This document shows, one piece after another, positions 49,271 through 62,494 of a DNA stretch of 64,000 nt. The number at the start of each line of letters is the position of its first letter. The first letter of the stretch is position 1. Below the pieces are notes generated by a model. It was not told the DNA's origin. It saw nothing but the letters and a program-made list of their open reading frames with translations, and did not search any database. A program made the position numbers and the translations under genes. The stretch is from Octopus bimaculoides (taxonomy: Eukaryota), in contig NC_068981.1 in assembly GCF_001194135.2 (NCBI RefSeq), positions 123,306,740 to 123,370,739 of the forward strand. Reading direction: 5' to 3'.

Positions 49271-50184
49271 TGATCTTTTTCTATACCATAGAGAGTTGTT
49301 TACGGTTGCCTATACAAACAGTGTGTGAGCTGTACTAGTTTACTCACGCATTGTGATTTCATCAGAGACAGATTATTTTGTTTAACTGTCTAAAACGTCA
49401 CTGTTTATAGATCCATATTACTAAAAGCTTAAATAACTCAGGTAAACCAATTTAAATAAATAAGACATTCTTCGTAGTTAATTCCATTAATATATCACCA
49501 CTGTGTTAACAGTATTCTTTTCCAAAACTATTGTACACTACATACTATATTTACTAATTTTAGTTAAGTCTCTGAGTACCAGACAGATGTAAACGCATTG
49601 ACATTATATGATCTGTCTTCATGGGCAAATAAAATGAAATCAATCGTAATAGTTTCAATCCTCGGCTGGGATGTTATTCCAGAGCTAGGCAATCATTCTG
49701 TAACTCATTACAATAGTGTACATAAAGTCTATGCGTGTATATTTCTCTATTGCATATATTGTTAGATACAGCGGTAGAATTATTATGTTGAACAGTACAA
49801 CTTCTTTGAAACAAACGCTATTAATGCACCATTAATTTATTAAACAAAAAATGTCCACATATGCCCAGATGAATATAAGTATCATTTTCAAAGTAGAACA
49901 GTATTTTTCAGAATACATTTCTTCTTTGTCCTGAAATGTGGAAACCGCCTGATTAGTACCCAATCCGTCACGGAGAAAAACCAGGTAACATTGGTTATAT
50001 AATGAGATTTTAAGCAGTAGCTAGAAGCATCAACCAAATATTGGCAAAAATGCATGCTGTTGATTATACATATTTTGATATAGGTGTCCTCGTTATACGA
50101 TTGGTGGAAATATAAAGTGACTTTTAAGGATGAACGCCATTGTTACTTGTAACAATTGCAACTATTCACAAATGCAATGTGATT

Positions 50185-50222
50185 TGAATAATAATAACAA
50201 TAATAACAACAACAACAACAAC

Positions 50223-50289
<67 letters not shown>
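50185..50289. repeat. (AAT)n/(AAC)n microsatellite
   Basis: Seen directly. Confidence 0.95.
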
Positions 50290-51199
50290 GACTCAGAGGT
50301 TACACATGCCTATCCAGGGCAGGGTTGGCACCAATTTCCAGCTATACTCACATGGACAGCCGCATAGAAAATTGCACTGTTTCATCAGGACTTCCTCAGT
50401 GATGCTAGTTGTAATTTAAAAGAGAAGTAACTACTCTTTCTATCATGCAGAACGACTTTCCAGAGAGTCCATTGTAATCTTGTAATCTTCTTCGGTGAAC
50501 AGGCTGAGCGTATGAAGGCTAAGATATTTGCCGTCGTCCTTATTTCTGTAACCACGATAACTGTTTTTTTTTTTTCAATATTGTTTTTTGTCACTAGCTA
50601 TGCAATATTCTCTAACCATGGGTTCCGAGCGGGTGGTAGATTCTAGTTACTTCCTGTGTTTCTGATGCTCTTGTATTAGTTGTTGCTGTCTTTTATCTCT
50701 TTGCTGGGAAGCCTTCTTCAGTCTTGTATCACCGTTGTCAATTGCTGCCTTTATTGCTGTATCTACATGTAATAGCAGGTGTGGTGGCAGCAACAGCAAC
50801 AGTAGTAGGGGTGGGGGTAGTGGTAGTACTGGTAGTTGGGTCTCAGATTCCAGTGCTATCAGAATATTAGTAATTGTAGTATTAGCAGCTGCTGCATATT
50901 ATTTTTTTTTTTTTATTATTATCATTATCACCATCACCACCACTACTATTGTTATCATTATTACTATTTCCATTTATCATTAAAAGGGTTTATTAAATGT
51001 TCTTTATTTTCAACTTTTGTCTTGTACTTGAGGCAATCATAAATATATGGTCGTTGAAGGAAACAGCTGGGAGAAGAGTAGCAGCTTGGTGAATAGATCA
51101 AATTCTACAGGTCTATAAATAGATTCAGCAGATGGTGAGGAGGTTAGCAAAAGAAGACAAAAGAATCTTCGCACCCTTTGGATCAGCAGAGGTCAAATG

Positions 51200-51907
51200 T
51201 GTTTACTACTACCAGCGACCAATGAGAGCGCTAGTTGAGCTGATGACATGGGACTCATTCTTGTTAGTTGTGCAGAACTTTCTTGGAAATCATAGAGTTG
51301 AAAATTATGCTGATATAATAAATGACATGCTGACAGCACATGAAAGAACGGGATGCCGAATGTCCCTTAAAATACAATTCTTGCATTCTCATCTCGTTCT
51401 TTCCAACAAATCTTGGTGCCTTAGTGATAACTATGAGGAGAGGTTCCACCAGGACATATCTGAGATGGAAACGAGGTAGCAAGGCCGGTACAATCCATAC
51501 ATGATGGGTGACTACTACTAGTTCCTACAACGGGAGAGCAGCACGATGCATAAGTGCAAGAACACTTGTTTCAAACATTTCTGAGTTGAGCATATCAAAA
51601 ATAAAATGAGTATTCCCTTAACATAAATATACTATGTACCATTATATTATAATACTATTTGCCTCGAACATAAATTTACTATTTACGGTACTAATATATA
51701 TTATAATGACTGTCTACCCTCAACTTAACTATTCCTGATTCTAAAATAATACCAATATATAATCATGCGCATAACTCAAAATCCTGACGTGCAACAGAAA
51801 TTCTGAGTTCAGATTCGGAATCAGCGTACTCAATTTAGTTTGGTACAGCATCATTTGTCTGGGTAGCAGACAATAAATCTTTTTTTTCTTTTTTTTTTGG
51901 CCCAGTG
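51200..51907 (+). mobile_element. Second 3' half of the same IS630-Tc1-mariner-like transposon group
   Basis: WDSFLLVVQNFLGNHRVENYADIINDMLTAHERTGCRMSLKIQFLHSHL...SDNYEERFHQDISEMETR*QGRYNPYMMGDY; terminus TTGGCCCAGTG followed by TA at 51908-51909. Confidence 0.85.
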
Positions 51908-52336
51908 TAGTAACACAGAATACAAAATGAAAATGTCTTTGTAGCTTGAAAAAATATAAATATATAAGTAGATCTTTTTTTGACATTTCAATTCTGTGGT
52001 CTTCTTCGGAAATTTAGTTAGAAGTAGAAATATAGAATTTTGAAAGAAGGAAAGAAGAGTAATGGAAAATATCTTATTTAGTTCTTGTTGAAAATGTCTC
52101 TCCAGCGAAAAGTGAGAACGAATGATGTTACGCGCGTACAAGTGCCACAGGGGGCGTCGCCCTTTGATAATTAGGCAGCTGCGCTTGTGAGTGCGAAGTA
52201 GTAATCTGAACATTCTGAACTTAGCATGTGGGGCTGTACAGCCAAGATATGCGTGTCCCACATATATATGCGCGCGTATACGCATGTAAGCTTTTTGTTT
52301 TTATTATTCATGTGATAAGTTCAGTTTTATTTACTA

Positions 52337-53812
52337 CTAGCAGAAATACCCGGCTTTTCCCGGGTTAAAGAGAATAATGAAATCTAAAAACGCCGTCTAG
52401 ACTACGCAACCCTCAACTGTTAGTAGGTACGATACCATATTTCTACATTAATAACTCTCCAATGCATGCCAGCATGGAACATAGACATTAAGTGGAATGC
52501 CAGTCTCTCATCTAGGAGGGCCTTGAAATCAATGTTACCAACTGGGGACTATGTGTGTTGCAGTGATAATAAAAAGACCCAAAGGAGGTCTGCAACGAAA
52601 TAATTTTACTCAACACTTTGCAAGTGAATCAGTGGAGGCAAAGATGCGTCTCATTTACTTGACAATTTATGCACCACATTGCAGAAATCACAATGTAAGN
52701 NNNNNNNNNNNNNNNNNNNNNNNNNNNNNNNNNNNNNNNNNNNNNNNNNNNNNNNNNNNNNNNNNNNNNNNNNNNNNNNNNNNNNNNNNNNNNNNNNNNN
52801 NNNNNNNNNNNNNNNNNNNNNNNNNNNNNNNNNNNNNNNNNNNNNNNNNNNNNNNNNNNNNNNNNNNNNNNNNNNNNNNNNNNNNNNNNNNNNNNNNNNN
52901 NNNNNNNNNNNNNNNNNNNNNNNNNNNNNNNNNNNNNNNNNNNNNNNNNNNNNNNNNNNNNNNNNNNNNNNNNNNNNNNNNNNNNNNNNNNNNNNNNNNN
53001 NNNNNNNNNNNNNNNNNNNNNNNNNNNNNNNNNNNNNNNNNNNNNNNNNNNNNNNNNNNNNNNNNNNNNNNNNNNNNNNNNNNNNNNNNNNNNNNNNNNN
53101 NNNNNNNNNNNNNNNNNNNNNNNNNNNNNNNNNNNNNNNNNNNNNNNNNNNNNNNNNNNNNNNNNNNNNNNNNNNNNNNNNNNNNNNNNNNNNNNNNNNN
53201 NNNNNNNNNNNNNNNNNNNNNNNNNNNNNNNNNNNNNNNNNNNNNNNNNNNNNNNNNNNNNNNNNNNNNNNNNNNNNNNNNNNNNNNNNNNNNNNNNNNN
53301 NNNNNNNNNNNNNNNNNNNNNNNNNNNNNNNNNNNNNNNNNNNNNNNNNNNNNNNNNNNNNNNNNNNNNNNNNNNNNNNNNNNNNNNNNNNNNNNNNNNN
53401 NNNNNNNNNNNNNNNNNNNNNNNNNNNNNNNNNNNNNNNNNNNNNNNNNNNNNNNNNNNNNNNNNNNNNNNNNNNNNNNNNNNNNNNNNNNNNNNNNNNN
53501 NNNNNNNNNNNNNNNNNNNNNNNNNNNNNNNNNNNNNNNNNGAAAGTATCTGTCATTACAGTATCGAAATGTGATTGTTTCATTTAGTAGAATAGTTTCA
53601 TTTTTAAAGTGAAAGTATTTGACATGAGTGTTTTTGTTTCACTTTTGACACGTAATACTTAAATAGTGGAGGAGATATTATGTTGCCGTGGGCTCGAACT
53701 CTGCAAGAAATTAAAAATTTTTTTTGATTAAAACACAACTGGAACCCTAAGTAAGGCATCTGTAAAATTTGAATGAAATTGGTTGCGTAGTTCTCGAGTT
53801 TTAGGGATTCAC

Positions 53813-53843
<31 letters not shown>

Positions 53844-53869
53844 CACATTCTCATTTTTATATATATAGA
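52337..53869 (-). mobile_element. Non-autonomous canonical Helitron with both termini (contains gap 52700-53541)
   Basis: Minus strand: 5' end A|TCTATATATATAAAAATGAGAATG, then (TCTG)n, then CCCTAAAACTCGAGAACTACGCAACCAATTTC. The 3' hairpin ACCCGG/CCGGGT (52348-52365) sits 7 nt before CTAG|T. The element is inserted between A and T with no TSD. Confidence 0.85.
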
Positions 53870-54946
53870 TTATCGTGGACATAGTGTATATAGCGTGTCT
53901 GCGTGGGCATCTGTATATACCAGGATACTATTTTGTGAGTTTATATATTAATATAAAGTTTATTTATATATCAAAGTAAACAAATTTATCTTAATTGTTA
54001 TGCAGAATTACATTATTTCGAGTATAAATATATTTATTAAATACTTATTGTTGGATGTATACTTATATTATACTTGTTCTTTATATATAATTATTTATGA
54101 TTAGTTTTATTATAGACACTATGATGTATAACTATATTTGTTAATTTAATAATCTTTGTTTACAGTAAATCTTTGTTTACAGCAAATCTTTTATAATAAT
54201 ATGAGTAATTAGGAAATTTCTAATAAAATATTTTTAAGATTGATTTCTTATATAATTATTTAGATAATTGCGTAAATACTAGTTGAATATTGCATTTAGA
54301 TGAGTGGGTGTGGTGTAGTATCATTATGGTGACTTGTGCTGTGTGTTTATGTTATAGCTGTGAATGTATGTTCCATTTTTGCGTGTACGACTGGATTAAT
54401 AGTTTCGTATCTGCTGGCGTTGTGGAGAGTTAAATAGAGTATACGTTAGTCTCAAGTGCGTGTCAGTATGTATTTTGGTAAAAAGAAAAACATAATATTT
54501 TTGTGAGTGCACGTATAGTTATATGTGTATTTGGGTTCATGTGGGCATGTATGAGTATGAATAAGTTTTTTTAATTCTGTTAGCTGATGATGAGTCTGCT
54601 ACAGAAACAGCGTGTAGTTTATGAATCCAAGAGGAGGGAAAGCTTAAAAACTGAAGATGACATCTAGTTCTCTTTGGGAATCATGCCTAGTGCTACTCCG
54701 AATGCGGTGTAACACATGGTGGAGTGATCTTCAGGCAGGAAACTGTCAGCAATGATATAGTTATTTCAAAGATAGGTCTACATATGTGTCGGAAAAAGCG
54801 GTTAGACGTGCGTCATCCGTTTTATTCAACATATATGAAGTTACTGTAAAATCTTTCTATGCAGTAAATCTTATTGAGTGGGAAAGATGCAAACGAAAAA
54901 GTCGGTTAATTTATATAAATGTATGGGTGGGTGCATTCTTTTTGTG

Positions 54947-54947
<1 letters not shown>

Positions 54948-54982
<35 letters not shown>

Positions 54983-54997
54983 AAGAGCGTCAGAGAA

Positions 54998-55031
<34 letters not shown>

Positions 55032-55102
55032 GGACAGACGGAAGGACAGACGGGCGGACAGACGGGCGGACAGACGGGCGGACAGACGGGCGGACAGACG
55101 GG
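54948..55102. repeat. Graded microsatellite (GATA)n to (GACA)n to the 12-mer (GACGGGCGGACA)n
   Basis: Seen directly; it runs into gap 55103-55990. Confidence 0.95.
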
Positions 55103-56024
55103 NNNNNNNNNNNNNNNNNNNNNNNNNNNNNNNNNNNNNNNNNNNNNNNNNNNNNNNNNNNNNNNNNNNNNNNNNNNNNNNNNNNNNNNNNNNNNNNNNN
55201 NNNNNNNNNNNNNNNNNNNNNNNNNNNNNNNNNNNNNNNNNNNNNNNNNNNNNNNNNNNNNNNNNNNNNNNNNNNNNNNNNNNNNNNNNNNNNNNNNNNN
55301 NNNNNNNNNNNNNNNNNNNNNNNNNNNNNNNNNNNNNNNNNNNNNNNNNNNNNNNNNNNNNNNNNNNNNNNNNNNNNNNNNNNNNNNNNNNNNNNNNNNN
55401 NNNNNNNNNNNNNNNNNNNNNNNNNNNNNNNNNNNNNNNNNNNNNNNNNNNNNNNNNNNNNNNNNNNNNNNNNNNNNNNNNNNNNNNNNNNNNNNNNNNN
55501 NNNNNNNNNNNNNNNNNNNNNNNNNNNNNNNNNNNNNNNNNNNNNNNNNNNNNNNNNNNNNNNNNNNNNNNNNNNNNNNNNNNNNNNNNNNNNNNNNNNN
55601 NNNNNNNNNNNNNNNNNNNNNNNNNNNNNNNNNNNNNNNNNNNNNNNNNNNNNNNNNNNNNNNNNNNNNNNNNNNNNNNNNNNNNNNNNNNNNNNNNNNN
55701 NNNNNNNNNNNNNNNNNNNNNNNNNNNNNNNNNNNNNNNNNNNNNNNNNNNNNNNNNNNNNNNNNNNNNNNNNNNNNNNNNNNNNNNNNNNNNNNNNNNN
55801 NNNNNNNNNNNNNNNNNNNNNNNNNNNNNNNNNNNNNNNNNNNNNNNNNNNNNNNNNNNNNNNNNNNNNNNNNNNNNNNNNNNNNNNNNNNNNNNNNNNN
55901 NNNNNNNNNNNNNNNNNNNNNNNNNNNNNNNNNNNNNNNNNNNNNNNNNNNNNNNNNNNNNNNNNNNNNNNNNNNNNNNNNNNNNNNNNNGGAGGAGGAG
56001 GAGGAGGAGGAGCAGTAGTAGTAG

Positions 56025-56212
56025 TGTGTCTGTGTTTGTCTGAGCAACATTGCTTGACAACCGATACTGGTGTGCTTATGTCCCCGTAACTTAGTGGTTT
56101 GGTAATAGAATAAGTAAAAGCTTACAAAGAATAAGTTCTGACATCGATTTGCTCGGCTAAAGGCGGTGCTCCAGCATGACCGCAGTCAAATGACTAGAAC
56201 AAATAAAAGAAA
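56025..56212 (+). mobile_element. SINE family A, 3' half
   Basis: gtgtctgtgtttgtc...cttgacaaccgatactggtg...tccccgtaacttag...ctaaaggcggtgctccagcatgaccgcagtcaaatgact. Confidence 0.85.
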
Positions 56213-56323
56213 GAAGAGAATGAAACGAATATATATATATGTATGTATGTATATGTATATGGAAACGTGAGTTGTGTGCTTGTACGTACATATGTGTGCG
56301 TTGCGTGTGGCTGTTTGAGCGCG

Positions 56324-56364
<41 letters not shown>

Positions 56365-57089
56365 CAAAAGAAGCGAAACGAGTCATTCGAGGGAATCAAT
56401 GGATGTACTTGCATGTCATTCTATAGTTTACTTCCACCTTCAATCTCAAATATATATCCGACTATTAGCGCGTCTATAAAGTCTTTCATATATAAAACTA
56501 AGCTACGTTAGAAGTTCATGATATCATCTATGATTTTCCAATGTATAAATCAATATATTTTCGCACGTGCGTTGCAGACCATAAACTGTTCTTTAAACCT
56601 GTCTTGAGTAGAACAGAAGACCTGATCTTGAATGCTGACGGTACCTTAGAGAAATAGCATAATGTTGTTATTCTTCCTAGCATATTAGTTCATTATTACC
56701 TGCTTTCTTCAGAACCTTAGCTATTAAAAAAGGAACATGTATCCTAAGTGAGGAAAGGTGCTTTGATAATGGCTAATTATATTATTGCATATCATTGAAC
56801 GTTTGAAGATAACATGAAAATATATACAATTTATTCATTAGAGATAGTGTTTCGTCCTAATCTAATAGCAATTGCTGAGAACGCTGTCGGAAGTGATGTA
56901 AATTCTGAGAAAAAAATGTCATTGAAGAAGGCCTTCATAAAGTGTCCTCATACATGCCTCAAATCTCCTCGCAAAAACAATATCAAAATAACCCATTTTT
57001 CACTTCTTGAACATATCGGTTCTTTATGTTGGCACAAAGGAAATGAATATCCAATAATTATATATGCTAGTAGTAAAAACAACTCGACC

Positions 57090-57187
57090 AAATTTGGTAG
57101 CTATTTTCTATGAAAAGCTGTGTACCATTTCTGGAACCTTGTGTCCACAAAGGCCATGGAGGATGTATGATATTGGTTAAAAGAGAA

Positions 57188-57242
<55 letters not shown>

Positions 57243-57420
57243 GAGAGAGAGAGAGAGAGAGACTTATAATAGCAGTACAGCATCAACCAATGTCTATAGG
57301 GAGAAGTTTCAGTAGAGTATGTAGAATTCAATATGAAACAATGGCACACATTGTTGCAAAATGTCCCAAGTTGGTTCAAAAAGCATTTAAGAAATTAGAG
57401 GCATGACCATGTTGTGAAAG
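57090..57420 (+). mobile_element. R4/Dong-type LINE remnant, CCHC zinc-knuckle region, interrupted by (GA)n
   Basis: YWLK-[GA]n-LIIAVQHQ...CRIQYETMAHIVAKCPKLVQKAFKK corresponds to WLK..LKRETEGLIIAAQDQ...CR.C....ETI.HI...CP.L. Confidence 0.75.
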
Positions 57421-57449
57421 TTTTTCACTGGAAGAAGAAATATCAAGAA

Positions 57450-57850
57450 CTAGAAAACATGTATGGGAACAAGAACGTATGGAGAGGGTAAAGGAAACGA
57501 GGCTAAATGTAAACCTTGAAGAGCTGAAACAAGTATTGCAGGTTAATGCATATCAGGAGATATGACCAAACAATTGAACAATATAAAATCAACAATTTGT
57601 TCCAACAACCTGAATGGAAATGATAACAGTAGCGAGAAACCGGACGCTGAAGAAGGTGGGCAGTTTTGGAATAAAATCTGGGATAATAGAAGAAAGCATA
57701 ATGAAGACGTTGAATGGATGAAGGAATTAAGGTCGGAGAAACATGAAGTGAAACCAAGCAATATAAGAATAACAGCTTAAATGGTGACCGAGCAGTCAAC
57801 AAAGATCCTAAGGAGCTAATATAGAAAGTACAAACAAAACCGATGTAGTT
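57450..57850 (+). mobile_element. R4/Dong-type LINE remnant, pre-RT region
   Basis: IRRYDQTIEQYK.N and NGNDNSSEKPDAEEGGQFWNKIWDNRRKHNEDVEWMKELRSE...NIRITA*MVTEQSTKIL. Confidence 0.8.
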
Positions 57851-58257
57851 CATTCAAACTATGCGTATGTGTGTGTGTGTCCGTACGTGCGTGTGTGCGC
57901 GTGAATGTATATTGTGCATGTACATATTCTCGTAATACACAAATATGTACCCCAAAGCATGCATTATGATTAGTATTTCTGAGGTAGAATCATTTTCGCC
58001 AAAAGTGCTTAATAAGTACTGATATTATGAATTACTTGAAGAAAAGACATCTGTCTATAGAATGAAAAATATAGAGTAAATCACATGTTCTGAACGATAT
58101 AGAGAAAATGCTTAATATTAGAATGTTTCTTTATTACAGAACATTTTTCGAAGCTTAAGCTCTATTTAGGGATTCTTAATATTAATAGATGCACAAAAAT
58201 GCCATGCAAGGTAATAAAAGGAGACAGACCCTTATATGTGTGTGCACGTGTGCGTTT

Positions 58258-58335
<78 letters not shown>

Positions 58336-58929
58336 ATCAATGTATGGATTTATTGAACAATATGAGTAAAAGAATTGTAGGGGCTGCCATGCGCTTGCAA
58401 ATTGGTGTTAAATCGAGAAAGGCAGTAGTCACGAATGGGTACCCGTACGGATTTAATATACTACATATAGATACGATAACATATTCTTACAGATTCGCTT
58501 AAAGTTCACAATTACATAAAGAGTAACAGGTTAGATAACTTTATATCATTTCAAATTATGTTACTTACATGGCTAAACGGAAATTTCACAACAACAAAAG
58601 AAGGATGTGTAGATTATTCCACATACAAAAAGCATTTCTGTTTCTTACTCATGGGGCTGCACAAATCTGGAAGAAACTATAAATAAACTTAAAACGAAGT
58701 AAGGTATCATATTAACTCCCTAGCTATCAACACTTCGTATTCATTTAGCGGCAGTTATTTCATTGTGCCATCGTATATCGTTTACTCACTGCTGGACCGT
58801 CAGCCTACATTTAAGAAGCTAGCCTCAGAGACAAGTTACTATGAATATTTCATTGATGGCATTTATTATAAATTACAATGCTACTTTTTAAAATTAATTG
58901 GACCAGACAGTAACAATGACCCACTGTTA

Positions 58930-59125
58930 AGCTACGAACTGCTTGCTTGCTTACTTCCTGCATCATGCTCTTCCTTGACGGGGCCTGGGTCATCCCATGT
59001 GAGTTGTCCCACAGGCTACATCGTGCGTAGAGCCGACCAGGTCTACCAGTGCTCCCCATCGCGGGTGATTCCGCATCATCCCTCTGCATCACCCAAAATA
59101 ACGTGGATCCTCAGGAGTGTGGAAA
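58930..59125 (-). mobile_element. Possible RTE-like LINE 3' end with short (AAGC)n tail
   Basis: GC-rich patch whose minus strand gives ITRDGEHW*TWSALR (resembling A.DR..WR..V.AL) and ends GGAAGTAAGCAAGCAAGCA. No TSD found. Confidence 0.35.
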
Positions 59126-59898
59126 TATTTTGAGAATAGATAGGAAAAGGTTTCTTTATTTGCGGCACTGGAATGGAATGTAATTTATGGTGAATATATT
59201 TGTACTTTGTTCCACAATATTTTCAATTTAAAGACAAAAGATTGCTGCAAACATATAATTATCTGAATGATATTGATATATGTCCAAGGTTGACATTTTG
59301 GTGGTAACTATATTCAAATAGATAGCTACAATATTTGTGTGATAATTATTTTATCTGCCCTTGTACAAAGAAAATTTCACATGAATGTTAGAGTGACTCA
59401 GGACGCAGTAGTATGGTAGGTCAAAAATATCGCAGAGCTATTATTAGGCACATTTTGCTGATAATCCACCAAACTAGATCAACAGAAAATATTTTGAAGT
59501 AATTATGGCGTAATTATATTGAAAATAATCCCATTAGTATCTGCTTTCATTGGAGATGTACAGTGCTTAAATGTGTATTCAAAGTTAAGATGCAAATTCA
59601 ATATATCTCATATTAATAGGAGGAAAACAAGATGATACATCAATACTAGGCGAAGTATTATATAAATATTATTTCAAAGCCAGTCCCAGCATGCTAATAT
59701 CTAAAGAGGTAGGAGTTGCTAAATTCGCAAAGCAAATATTGTTTCATGGAAAGCTTTTAGCGAAAATAGGGTCTCACTGTAATGCCATCTTGAAATGTCC
59801 ATTAAGAACAGATTGGGCAAGATAAGTTAATAAGCAAGCAAACAGAGAAAGGAAGGGGACAACAATTATATCAATATATCGGTATCTCTTCTCCATTT

Positions 59899-59950
<52 letters not shown>

Positions 59951-60000
59951 ACACACACACATACATATATATTCATACATANNNNNNNNNNNNNNNNNNN

Positions 60001-60036
<36 letters not shown>

Positions 60037-60377
60037 AGTATGTTTGTGTATGTATATATATGTTTATTTATGTATATGTTAATTTATTTGTTTGTGTGTG
60101 TCTGCCTGTGCGTGTTTGTGTGTTTGAAATATGTAATTCTTTCGCTAGGAAATTCAAATGAATCGAATGTATAGGATTTGTCCATAGTCTTCTTTGAAGA
60201 TCAGTGTTAACAAATAAAATAAAGGTGCAATATTTTAAAAGATAGAAATCAAATTATCTCCACCCACTCCGTCTCATTTTCTCTCTTTATGCAATTATGT
60301 GTGCGCGTTGGCAAAACCTACCGAAGTAAACGGTAATTAATATTTTTTAGATATTTTAATGATGAAGACTCAGCAAC

Positions 60378-60620
60378 GGGCTTGAGACGAACATATTTAA
60401 AACATCCAATGATACTCTTTACCTCACGTAACCCGAAAGACATTAGGACAAATATCTCTCTTAAATTAGCAAAAAGGATATGCATAATGGCAACCGGTTT
60501 AATTCAAGAACGTATAAATATACTCATCGGCAAACACTGTCACCATATTTAATAGATGATTGACTACAATAAGTCGAGACATGTATTGCGGACATACGGA
60601 GGCTAGTAAAACTAAATGAA
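60378..60620 (+). mobile_element. Penelope-like element RT C-terminal (thumb) remnant
   Basis: GLETNIFKTSNDT followed by ILFTSRNPKDIRTNISLKLAKRICIM corresponds to the PLE pattern ETDIYYKPTDT..YL.F.S.HP.HTK.NIP..LARRIC. Confidence 0.65.
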
Positions 60621-62063
60621 AAGACTGAATTGAAACAGTTTTTATATGTCTTCTCGTACAATGTTAGAAACAACGTTAACTATATTAGTCTACAAAATAT
60701 AAAGGACTCCAAGATGAGTTTCATTCTAGTAACGCAAAAAATTATAAAACTTAAATGACAGCCATAATCATTAAAAGGAATAATTATTTATGTAAATTAA
60801 AAGTCAGCAAAAACAGAACCAACAGTAAAATATTCTGGATGATCGAACAGAATTTTCCGTTAATTGTCAGAAGTTTCCAAATTCCATTTTAGGATAGAAC
60901 AATATTTTGAAATAAAAATACTATCATCTGTTATTTTGGAATTATTTATTTAATAACTTGTTCAGAATGTTGAGTGAATCATGTTGGGCGAAATCTCAAC
61001 GTCCTGAAGAAAACGAATGATACTGTATAGGGAACATATACAATTTCTCAGTAACAAACAAATATCACTCAATAAAGATATAGTGACATGCGTAGTGAAT
61101 CAGTGACTAAATATTTTTGCTTTAAATTTCATTTGTATCATATCATCGTAGAAATAGAATATCTGAAGGGGAAACAAAGAGACTATAGATATTTGAATCT
61201 AACAACTACGCTTAAATATAGAGATTTAATTAATTACCAATTATATTTATCATTATTAATTGACGTAAATGATTATCCCACGTAGTACCTCAGCTCTTAC
61301 TGGTAATAACAATAACTCATTACCTAACTCATTATGGAATTAATAACTTAAAGCTACATGACTACAACTAATGGAGAAAGGGAATTTTACAAGCATCATT
61401 AAATATAGCATCATGGTTACTGTTAAATATATTGAACACTTTAGAATATATAAAAACATTATATATAGTAGATAAAACTTCCCTGTAAAATATCAGTGCA
61501 TCTGCATCTTCTCTACTTTCAATGTGTGCGTGTGCGTGCGCGCGCGTATGTGTGTGTGTGAGTTTATATATCTGCCTGTCTGTCTGTATATATGTGCGTA
61601 TAATCATTTTACCGTTTCCCCCTTTTTGCGTAAAGTGACAGTGGAATATCACGACAGTGAAATATCAACAGAAGTGAAGAGAGATTGTATTAAGATGGAG
61701 AGAAGAGAAATATCTAAGTCTATAGATTAAAATGATTTTAAAAGTAAACTACTACAAATTTGAGCCACGGACGTAATCAGTAACGACGAGACTGTACTTT
61801 TCAGGTATATTGTTGATCTTGGAAAAGTTGAACGCAAAATAGACATATAACGACATAACTATCTATTAATTCTAATATCTTGAATTTGTTGCTAGATAAA
61901 ACTGTGAATGCATGTGGTGACCGCATTCCTTTGTCAATATCTATTATATCGATCCCTTAAATATGAAATATAAAGCTGACCGTGGCCAGTTTCAAAATCA
62001 GATCTTGTGCTACGCTACCGTTGTCGTATTTTAGTCATTATACATGTAATATTACAAGCAGGA

Positions 62064-62494
62064 AGGTGACGAACTGGCAGAAACGTTAGCGCGCCAGGAG
62101 AAATGCTTAGCGGCATTTCGTCTGCCGTTACGTTCTGAGTTCAAATTCCGCCGAGGTCAACTTTGCCTTTCATCCTTTCGGGGTCGATTAAATAAGTACC
62201 AGTTACGAACTGGAGTCGATATAATCGACTTAATCCCTTTGTCTGTCCTTGTTTGTCCCCTCTATGATTAGACCCTTGTGGGCAATAAAAAAATAAGAAA
62301 CGTTAACACGCCGGTGGAAATGCTTAGCGGTATTTCGCCTGTCTTCACATTCTGAGTTCAAATTCCGCCGAGATCGACTTTGCCTTTCATCCCTTCGGGG
62401 TCGATAAATTAAGTACCAGTTACGTACTGGGATCGATCTAATCGACTGGCCTCCCTCTCCCCAAATTTCGGACCTTGTGCCTAGAGTAGAAAAG
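62064..62494 (+). mobile_element. Head-to-tail dimer of family C SINEs inside one 16-bp TSD
   Basis: The left monomer 62064-62295 ends GTGGGCAATAAAAAAATA. The right monomer 62296-62494 lacks about the first 15 nt and ends GTGCCTAGAGTAGAAAAG. The TSD AATATTACAAG(C/T)AGGA lies at 62048-62063 and 62495-62510. Confidence 0.9.

Noticed and set aside
50372-50405. Hammerhead-like CTGAGGA...GAAAC on the minus strand
   Set aside because: Stem II would need a 2-nt loop, the cleavage triplet would be GUG rather than NUH, and no stem I forms.
54584-54620. Hammerhead-like CTGATGA...GAAAC on the plus strand
   Set aside because: Stem II has only 2 bp and there is no stem I complement. The surrounding weak PLE-like translation was too degenerate to call.
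26181-56060. The many long ORFs in the track that span N-runs or (CA)/(TA) repeats (e.g. 40261-41721, 52551-53612, 54911-56050)
   Set aside because: Their length comes from X residues in assembly gaps and from dinucleotide repeats.
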